Below, piece after piece: positions 1 to 6,751 of a DNA stretch of 15,242 nucleotides. The stretch covers positions 1 through 15,242 of the forward strand of contig JBHIFL010000087.1 in assembly GCA_046761065.1 (NCBI GenBank), written 5' to 3'. Numbering within the stretch: the first letter of the stretch is position 1; each line of letters begins with the position of its first letter. A program made the translations under genes and the position numbers. The DNA comes from Candidatus Heimdallarchaeota archaeon (lineage in GTDB: Archaea > Asgardarchaeota > Wukongarchaeia > Wukongarchaeales > JBHIFL01). The notes beneath the pieces were generated by a model, which made no database searches, was not told the DNA's origin, and saw nothing but the letters and a program-made list of their open reading frames with translations.

Positions 1-236
1 GATTGAATAGGACTTTTTAGGGAAAATCGATGAAACCACAGATCTAGGAAATTTACAGATGTGGGAGGATGGACAGGCGGGATTGGGGCATTTCAGCACG
101 ACCTGGATGAAAACCCTTATAAGCTACGCCGTGCCCGAAGGAGCAGGCTCTGAGAGGGCCAAGCGGAGCCATCCCGTGAGAGTGGGGTCTGATTTGCTCA
201 TTGGTATCAGAGCAACCAAATCCCCCTCCAAGGAAA

Positions 237-395
237 TTATTGTCGGTTGCTACAACTTATCCCCGAAATGTGAAAAATACCTTGATGTGTAAGTTTGAGT
301 AACCCTTGAACAGCTTGAGACTCAGAATTCGTCCCTATGAGGTAACGAACAAGAATATTTGTGTCCAAATAGTCATGCGTATTGCTTTTTATCAT
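237..395 (-). pseudogene. Truncated PIN-domain (VapC-like) toxin remnant
   Basis: Manual minus-strand translation gives MIKSNTHDYLDTNILVRYLIGTNSESQAVQGLLKLTHQGIFHISG...* (52 aa). YLDTNILVRYL is the typical PIN N-terminal motif; the rest of the domain is missing. Confidence 0.45.
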
Positions 396-416
396 AAAAC
401 CATTTATGATAAAAAG
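385..416. other. Perfect 14-bp inverted repeat; dif-like (Xer) recombination site or operator
   Basis: CTTTTTATCATAAA-acca-TTTATGATAAAAAG. It can also be read as 11-6-11, TTTTATCATAA AACCAT TTATGATAAAA (387-414), with the CATAA-N6-TTATG core of dif sites. Confidence 0.55.
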
Positions 417-583
417 GCGATGGTGATCATAGTTAAAAATCCAAAAGGAGTTCTCTTATTGCGACTCCTCCTTTTTCTGACTTTGGCGTTCCTAACATTG
501 TCTACGTTCTGATTCCAATCCGTTAATTTCCAACGACACAGCAAAAAAGCATAGAATTTATAAAATGAAACGCGTTAACATAA

Positions 584-796
584 ATGGTGAACTCAAAACA
601 GAAGGTGGATTCCATGTCCTCTATTACGCTCGAAACGATTTATCAAGAGCTGTTAGAATTAAAAAGAAAAGTGGAACGCCTAGAGTTGCTTCTTATTTTA
701 CCTGAAGAGGAGTTGCTCCCTGCGGAGCTTCAGGAACTTCAACAAATCAGTGAGCGGATGGCCCAAGGGGAAAAAACGCTTTGGAAACAAAAGTAA
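584..796 (+). CDS. Putative RelB-like archaeal antitoxin (alternative start ATG 614)
   Basis: Small acidic helical ORF directly upstream of a RelE-family gene. TATA-like TTTATAAA at 557-564; AAGGTGG precedes ATG 614. Confidence 0.7.
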   Translation: MVNSKQKVDSMSSITLETIYQELLELKRKVERLELLLILPEEELLPAELQELQQISERMAQGEKTLWKQK

Positions 797-811
797 CGGA
801 TCGCAGGGACG

Positions 812-1081
812 ATGTATGCGTTATATCTAAGCGCACAAGCCCAAAAATTCTTGGAAACCTGTGAGAAACGGATAAAAAGGCAAATCGAGGAATGATTTAC
901 TGTCCTTCTGGAGGATCCCCTGCCCATTCCTCAGTATGATATCGCCAAAATTCGAGGGTTAAAGAAAGGATATCGGGTCCGGCTAGGAACCATTAGGGTA
1001 ATCCTTGAATTAAACCCACGAGCTCGTGAGATTTATGTATTAAAGATTGATAAACGAGGTAAAGTATATCGAGATTTGTAA
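812..1081 (+). pseudogene. relE: RelE/ParE-family toxin with one in-frame TGA (893-895)
   Basis: MYALYLSAQAQKFLETCEKRIKRQIEE*FTVLLEDPLPIPQYDIAKIRGLKKGYRVRLGTIRVILELNPRAREIYVLKIDKRGKVYRDL. It carries the RelE motifs YRVRxGxxRV and IxxRGxVY. Confidence 0.85.
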
Positions 1082-1204
1082 CTGCTACGCGTGAACCTCC
1101 TTTTCACAGAATCGAATCCATACCGCCGAGGGAGGTCGTGGCGCACGAGCGTCCTCACGGAGGGATGGCGCATCGAGAGCCTAAGAAGCGTCCCCTGCGA
1201 CAGG

Positions 1205-1690
1205 GCCAGGAGTTCTCTCATCGGCTTTTCTAATTAGGGATCTGGAGGTCATAGGGACAACCATGCTTTTCACTTCTCATCGGTGCCTAGATAAATCCAT
1301 GTCGACCCATAACTCTGTGCCCACAGATAAATCACCGGATCCAACCACTTCAAATCCTTGATTCGAATCACAACAACATGTGCATCAATCTTTTGTGTTA
1401 AAGTTGTCCAATACCTATCCAAGTCATAAAATGGTGTCCTCGCAGTATACTCCTGCACAGTTTTGATATCACCGCCAACTACCTATCCTAATCCCACGAT
1501 ACAAGGCGTCCTCGCGTTACAATCGGCTTCCCACTCACTTCAGCCATACAACCTGCCCCAGCTCCAACCGATCTATCACTAAAGGCATTCTACCACGTTT
1601 CGACTCCACAAACACCATTACTTCAGGACGCGAACGTGCAACCGTGACAAACTCTGGACGACGAATCACCACATGTTCTGGTCTCTTTTA
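1205..1690 (-). pseudogene. Decayed gene with an ASCH/EVE (PUA-like) domain
   Basis: Pieces across frames: PEHVVIRRPEFVTVARSRPEVMVFVESKRGRMPLVIDRLELGQVVWLK / SGKPIVTRGRLVSW / ...RTPFYDLDRYWTTL...KWLDPVIYLWAQSYGSTWIYL. GxxVWLKxSGxPIV resembles ASCH-like motifs. Several stops and frameshifts; boundaries approximate. Confidence 0.45.
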
Positions 1691-1880
1691 CCCAAAAACG
1701 TCCTTCCCACAACCCTATAATTAGGCAATAAAATTCATTTTTTCCATATCTAAATAATATACGCAACGATAATGTATAACGGATAGGTATTTTGGGCGAC
1801 TCCTATGTATTTGAGTGAGAATACATCCACACTTCTTTACAAGTTAGGATTACAATGGGATAATTCCACCGGCTCCAACG

Positions 1881-2273
1881 ATGACCTTCGTTACATGCCC
1901 AAAGGTCGTAAAGAACCAAGCTTGGTTCTGGTGTGAGGAAGACTACGTATTGGTGGTGCATGGAGACGGGATCGGGCTGGAACGCGCGATTGCCGCCAAC
2001 AAGGACGGAGGAACCAGAAACGCGTTCCATCTCCTAGAGCAGCAATCGCTGGAGAAATACCCAGAAACTCTTCCTCTATTGAGTGCAAGCGGCTGGGTAG
2101 TGACGGCGTATTTCCAAATCCCGCAAAACAATCCCAACTGGCGAGTGTGTGGAGACAGTGACTGGACTGGAGATCCCCAGAGCGGACTGAAGCGGCGGTA
2201 TGCGATCATAGCCCCAATAGCAGCCACAGTAGAATGGCAAGTGAAATTAAGAATTACACCGTTATCGAGCTAG
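1881..2273 (+). CDS. Hypothetical protein (possibly a fragment)
   Basis: 130-aa ORF with protein-like composition; no motif recognised. Confidence 0.35.
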   Translation: MTFVTCPKVVKNQAWFWCEEDYVLVVHGDGIGLERAIAANKDGGTRNAFHLLEQQSLEKYPETLPLLSASGWVVTAYFQIPQNNPNWRVCGDSDWTGDPQSGLKRRYAIIAPIAATVEWQVKLRITPLSS

Positions 2274-2509
2274 GAAAGTTATCAAAATCAATCTACTAGA
2301 ACAAATAGAGGGCTTAAACGTCGGGATTGTACCGTTGTAACTCCAATATAGAAAAAGAGCTTGTTCCTGCTAATATGGCACGCATTGTTTTTTGACATCA
2401 TCGAGAAGAAAAATTGGTTCACTTCTGGCATAAAGGATTTATTCTGCGTCTGTAAAGACATCTTAGAAGCCAATTAGCCATCCATAACGAATTTTACCAA
2501 GCTAGCGAA

Positions 2510-2625
2510 AGATATTTCTTGGAGGATCCTTCCAAAGGATCTAGATGGATTCCTTAGGGATCGTCTATCCCTGTATGGTGGTACTGCGCTCGTTTTTATC
2601 AGAAAATGCCGAGAAACTCTCTGCA
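2510..2625 (+). pseudogene. N-terminal remnant of an AbiEii-family nucleotidyltransferase toxin
   Basis: Reads ...DGFLRDRLSLYGGTALVFI... (LYGGTAL at 2571-2591), matching the AbiEii hxGGTAL motif. It ends where the tnpB remnant region begins. Confidence 0.45.
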
Positions 2626-2695
2626 AAAGCTGGGAGAGGAATCGCCCCCCACGGAGTTAAATGGTTCAGAAGATACCATATTTCGGGAGACAATC

Positions 2696-3175
2696 GTATA
2701 TCTAGTGCAAAAGAATCAGTTGCGAAGGTTAACAAAACCCGAGTACCAGCTCCTCCGCCACTTAACCCATTTGTCTAAGAACCTCTTTAACCATACGCTC
2801 TATATGGTGCGACAATATTTCTTTGCGGAGGGTGCGTTTCTGCAATACGAACAAGCCTATCATCATGCCAAAGAGAATGAGAATTACCGGATGTGGCCCT
2901 CCCAAGTTGCCCAGCAGGCGATGAAAGTCGGCACTCGCTCGATGCGATCCTTTTTAGCATGCTGCGGGAGTGGAAGAAGGGGAATTATAATCGTCCGATT
3001 CGGGTGCCTCGCTATTTACCAAAAGCTGGCTTCTTTGTGTGTGTATCTTCCCAAAAGATATGTTCAAGGTCGAAGGAGAGAAGATTCTCCTCTTGCCATG
3101 AAAATCTTGGAGGGGGAGCCACGTGGTGAGTAGGAGGTTCGACTGAAAAGCCTGGAGAGTGCGTGAATCGCGATG
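2696..3175 (+). mobile_element. tnpB: IS200/IS605-family tnpB pseudogene, frameshifted and internally deleted
   Basis: VYLVQKNQLRRLTKPEYQLLRHLTHLSKNLFNHTLYMVRQYFF...ENENYRMWPSQVAQQAMKV, frameshift, SMLREWKKGNYNRPIRVPRYLPKAGFF, frameshift, FPKDMFKVEGEKILL. It then jumps to a C-terminal-like GECVNR; no RuvC or Zn-finger region. Confidence 0.85.
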
Positions 3176-3255
3176 CCTGCGACTGGGGGGAGGGGAGAAG
3201 GAGTTCTGGTAAGGAGTTGGCAAACGTTCTTGGGTTCAGATTCTCCATTAATGAT

Positions 3256-3738
3256 TCAGAGGGTTCTTAGGAACTCGTCCCATGTGAATGTTTTAATTTC
3301 CCTCGTTTCAGAGCATTCTCGCATGATGGCTTTTAAAACATCATCTTCCGTAATCAAAGTTCCATTTAAGGCGGCCGCAGAGCCTGCAATCCAACAGTCC
3401 ATCAGATCTTGATGCCCCAGGATCCACAATCGATCTGCAATGGAGTTGGTCGACTCGTCAAGAAATGAATGGTGAAGTTGGACTTGCTTCCCCCATATTA
3501 AACTGAGGGAGGCTTCCATATATCTATCTAAGACTTCTGGATTCCTGGTTTTTCGGTATTCACTCAGAACTATCCATTTCGCTTCGATCATCGAGCAAGA
3601 GCTCACTACGAATCTGATTTTTCTCTTTTTCTTAGTCAATAGAGTTTCCATGTCTCTTTTCAGCCCAGGAACGTCTATGTCTATTCCAAAGAAAGGTAGA
3701 ATGTACGTAGTATCCAAGATGAATGTGGGCGCTTCCAT
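3256..3738 (-). CDS. vapC: PIN-domain (VapC-family) toxin
   Basis: FILDTTYILP, SCSMIEAKW, HQDLMDCWIAGSA and LITEDD provide the PIN acidic residues. GTGGTGA RBS precedes ATG 3738 (the track starts the ORF at 3786). Confidence 0.88.
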   Translation of the reverse strand: MEAPTFILDTTYILPFFGIDIDVPGLKRDMETLLTKKKRKIRFVVSSCSMIEAKWIVLSEYRKTRNPEVLDRYMEASLSLIWGKQVQLHHSFLDESTNSIADRLWILGHQDLMDCWIAGSAAALNGTLITEDDVLKAIMRECSETREIKTFTWDEFLRTL

Positions 3739-3997
3739 TTGTTTCACCACGAGAAGGAACTCTAAGTTACGAGGATGGAGTTTCACCGAAGCAAAAATCA
3801 GAGCAGGACCGAAATACGTTCATTTCTATTTGTCAATAGCTGATATGTAGGAATTCACAAAGAACAATGGATGGAGGTCTGGGAAACTATAACTCTGGGA
3901 ATGAGATCCATAGTTACCTACCTCTGAGCTCTGTTTTGTTCATTCCCACAAGGAGTTGTTGCGAGATTGCGAGAGATAAACCAAAATCAAGGCCATC

Positions 3998-4258
3998 TCA
4001 CAGATCCTTTAAGGACATTTGTTCCTGGTCTTTTCTTTCAGCGTCAATAACTTTCTCGACTGCTTCAACTGTTTTTTTTGTAAACATGGGTTTGTGAAGG
4101 AGTTCTTCCAAGCGGGGGATCTTTCTTATCCGGAGTTCTCCGGAAACAATTTCAAGCAAGATCTTATCTCCCGGGTTCCAGTTCAGAACGTCTCGGATCT
4201 CCTTCGGAGGATAAATTTCTCCCTTTGATCCGATTTTTGCCTCAATTTTCGAAGACAT
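3998..4258 (-). CDS. vapB: AbrB/MazE/SpoVT-family antitoxin
   Basis: KIGSKGEIYPPKEIRDVLNWNPGDKILLEIVSGELRIRK is an AbrB-type motif. Upstream of the PIN gene on the same strand. Confidence 0.88.
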   Translation of the reverse strand: MSSKIEAKIGSKGEIYPPKEIRDVLNWNPGDKILLEIVSGELRIRKIPRLEELLHKPMFTKKTVEAVEKVIDAERKDQEQMSLKDL

Positions 4259-4267
4259 ATAAAATAC

Positions 4268-4308
4268 ACGAAAATCTCATTCTTCACCGGAATATTTAAG
4301 ATTTTCGT
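4268..4308 (-). promoter_or_regulatory. Probable vapBC autoregulatory operator/promoter
   Basis: Perfect 10-bp inverted repeat ACGAAAATCT (4268-4277) / AGATTTTCGT (4299-4308) flanking a minus-strand TTAAATA box, just upstream of the vapB ATG. Confidence 0.6.
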
Positions 4309-4565
4309 CCCCATCCTACCAAGAGTTAGAAAGAAAAGGAGGATCTCTCAAGTGCAAGGAGATGCTGAGAGATCACATAACGCCAATAATCTCTCTTATC
4401 AATAATCTTCCTTCCGCTCAATCAAGTTATCATGAGAAAAACGACCTCTAGCGAGGATAATGACTATATTATAATTTCTTGAGAGAAGCATCAGTCCATT
4501 TTCAGTAAAAACGAGCGTGGCACTAAGTTCTATCTCCGTTTGCCCTTTGCGGCTGCTAACAATGG

Positions 4566-4745
4566 GTGAACTACCTTGCCCTGACGACCGGCGTTTTATG
4601 CGAAGGGTGTTGTCCAAAGGTAGTTGGAAGCCTTATTTACTCCAGACGATTCACACGCCCTCTACTTCCTATCCTTGCGGATTCAGAAGCTACTTTGCGA
4701 ATTTAATAGCCCTTTTCAGTACTAGATACAATGCCCCATTCTCAT
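4566..4745 (-). mobile_element. Orphan tnpB 3' end / IS605-type right end (omegaRNA region)
   Basis: Minus strand reads NGAL...RKVASESARIGSRGRVNRLE*IRLPTTFGQHPSHKTPVVRAR*F and ends ...GTCAGGGCAAGGTAGTTCAC, a typical tnpB tail and element end. 9-bp inverted repeat at 4569-4577/4617-4625. Confidence 0.75.
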
Positions 4746-4829
4746 AAATGACTTCAGCTTACAACGCCCATTCAAATTGGTCGATCGAGCAATTTATACA
4801 CACAACCCATTAAGCAACGCAATAGAAGG

Positions 4830-5483
4830 ATGAACCTTATGTCTCTTGTTCAAAAATATCGGAGGTACAGGAGACTTACGAGCAACTTAGTCATGAAAAT
4901 AATAAAGACCCACCTCCATAGCATTGTACTAAATAAAGCCGCGAGGTTACTTGGGCTCCTTAGGGGTGATTTCATGCTCTTTAGGGACGAGGAGGAAACC
5001 AGTGTTCTAATGGACTTCGCCCTCCATGAAGGCACAATGCATGGGAAAAACGCCATCGAGATCTATCGTGAGAAGAGGGGTGACCAGAATGAGGTAGAAC
5101 AAGAAATCTTGGACGCCTTGCTCGCCGCCTACACCTCCTTATTCAAAGTCCACTCCATCTCGAAAGCGGAACGCATGCTGCACTTGAGTGACCTCTTGAA
5201 CAAAAAAGACAATATACCACTGATTGATATCGGCCTCAGCCAAACCGTCACTCCCGGGATGTTGCTGTTCATTCGGTTTGTCCCATTTAAAGAGTTTAAC
5301 ATGACGTCTGGAATAGTATTTGCCTTTCCCAGTGACTTAGAAACATATCTTCAGCAGCAGTATAAGGAACTAGGGAAGATGATCAAAGTCCGATCAAAAC
5401 GCGAGGCCGTCGCGCGATTTGTGGCCTTTTTTCGATTAAATGAAACGCATGGCATAGAGGTCCATGAAGGCCCATGGAGATAA
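4830..5483 (+). CDS. Hypothetical protein, resembling an uncharacterised domain seen in SEC-C-motif proteins
   Basis: 217-aa intact ORF. The pattern DFALHE...GKNAIEIY...YTSLFKV...DLL...DIGLSQT...TSG looks familiar from memory only. TATA-like TTTATA at 4793. Confidence 0.75.
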   Translation: MNLMSLVQKYRRYRRLTSNLVMKIIKTHLHSIVLNKAARLLGLLRGDFMLFRDEEETSVLMDFALHEGTMHGKNAIEIYREKRGDQNEVEQEILDALLAAYTSLFKVHSISKAERMLHLSDLLNKKDNIPLIDIGLSQTVTPGMLLFIRFVPFKEFNMTSGIVFAFPSDLETYLQQQYKELGKMIKVRSKREAVARFVAFFRLNETHGIEVHEGPWR

Positions 5484-5528
5484 GTTAAAAAATGGAGAAA
5501 ATTTGAAACTCTCCCACCAGAGGAAGAA

Positions 5529-5615
5529 GGAACCCCAGAGCAGTGGATAGATCGATTTCGTGCATATAAAGACGCAGGCATCAGTCAATTCATCCTTAGC
5601 GACCCGAACCCATAA
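5529..5615 (+). pseudogene. C-terminal remnant of an LLM-class (luciferase-like) oxidoreductase
   Basis: GTPEQWIDRFRAYKDAGISQFIL matches the LLM C-terminal consensus GTPEQVxxxLxxYxxAGVxxFIL. Confidence 0.45.
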
Positions 5616-5773
5616 TTTGAATGCAACGTCACGTCCTATTGCGGTCAATCGGCTCTTCTGCTCGCCCTCTGTTCCTGATTGAATGGTTTGTTCATTGCAT
5701 TTTCACAATCCATCCCAACTGGTGCTTCCCTGCATACCTGACACCGATGTACGCGTCTTCTGCTGTGTAAACC

Positions 5774-6505
5774 TCAATTACCGGCGGGTTTCCGTTTCGG
5801 TGGACTGATGACCGTTTGGATGTGAGCAATAGTTGGGTCCGTCTCATAGTGCAGTCCATACATACAATTTGCTTGTAAAACGCAGTCGACACACTTGGGC
5901 GCAGTTTTTTGACAGCGATTTTGCCCATGACACACGATTAACGCGTGAAACCGGCCCAAAATTTCCGGATCCTGAGGCAGGTCTTGGTGGAGCTCGTGTT
6001 GAAGCGCTTCATACGGGGTCGTGAGATAGGTCACGTCCCCGCGAAGCCGGGCGAAGAGGCGGCGCGTATAGGTGCCCACGACGGCCACCGGGCGGTGAAA
6101 GCAAAACGCCAGGATCGAATCCGCGGTTTCTAGGCCAATTCCTCTGCACGCGAGCAATTGGTGGCGGGAAGGAGGGATCCCGTGTGCTTGTTGAGTCAAT
6201 AGAAGCTTACTAAGCGCGTGAAGAGAACGTGCTTTTTGGGTAAGGAACCCGGCAGGTTTGATCAGGGCTTTAAGCCGCTCTGGATCCATCTGTTGTACCT
6301 GGTCAAAGGACGTGATTCCGGCGCGTTTCAAATTCGCGACGGCATGGTTCACATTCCGCCAATTCGTATTTTGCACTAGGATTGCCCCAATGGCGACCTC
6401 GAACAGTTCTGAAGGGCGTTTATTCGGTTTAAGCCAGAGCGCCCAGGTCTCAGCATGGGGTTCGAGAACCGGGTAATGCTGGATGAGGAGCTGATATAAC
6501 TTCAT
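5774..6505 (-). CDS. Endonuclease III-related HhH-GPD protein with a 4Fe-4S (FCL) motif
   Basis: GAILVQNTNWRNV, IKPAGFLTQKA, HhH LLACRGIGLETADSIL and CQKTAPKCVDCVLQANC (C-X6-C-X2-C-X5-C). ATG 6505 is preferred over TTG 6514. Confidence 0.9.
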   Translation of the reverse strand: MKLYQLLIQHYPVLEPHAETWALWLKPNKRPSELFEVAIGAILVQNTNWRNVNHAVANLKRAGITSFDQVQQMDPERLKALIKPAGFLTQKARSLHALSKLLLTQQAHGIPPSRHQLLACRGIGLETADSILAFCFHRPVAVVGTYTRRLFARLRGDVTYLTTPYEALQHELHQDLPQDPEILGRFHALIVCHGQNRCQKTAPKCVDCVLQANCMYGLHYETDPTIAHIQTVISPPKRKPAGN

Positions 6506-6637
6506 GAGTTGCAAGCTTAACAGGATCTCCCAAGAGGGTTAATAATTTCATTAGGAAAGGAACGGGAATATGAAATTTTTCTTGTAGTAGTACCAGCTAA
6601 GTGTTGAATAACCAAGATGTTTTTCTAATCTTACCAT

Positions 6638-6735
6638 ATGATTTATAGGGAAAACGAGGGAATTTGCTTGGAAGTACTCGAGAAATATCTCAAAAAAGAT
6701 CGGGAAGGCCGAGTCAAAGATCGAATACGCGGAAT
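6638..6735 (+). mobile_element. Possible IS630-type transposase N-terminal remnant, in frame with the next gene
   Basis: LEVLEKYLKKDREGRVKDRIRGI resembles the start of IS630 HTH transposases and then breaks off. Confidence 0.35.
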
Positions 6736-6751
6736 AGGAATTCGACATCAT

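Noticed and set aside
59-512. Track ORFs 59-292 and 306-512
   Set aside because: No recognisable motifs, and they overlap a better-supported minus-strand PIN remnant and the palindrome.
1764-1790. Second dif-like site (ATAATGTATA)
   Set aside because: Only the left half matches; there is no TTAT arm or symmetry.
4552-4630. Integron attC-like site (CTAAC followed by a hairpin)
   Set aside because: There is no matching GTTAG partner, and the segment is better explained as a tnpB right end. No attC series or integrase is visible.
5645-5760. Possible Fe-S protein remnant on the minus strand (HRCQVCREAPVG)
   Set aside because: Too short, and the cysteine pattern is incomplete.
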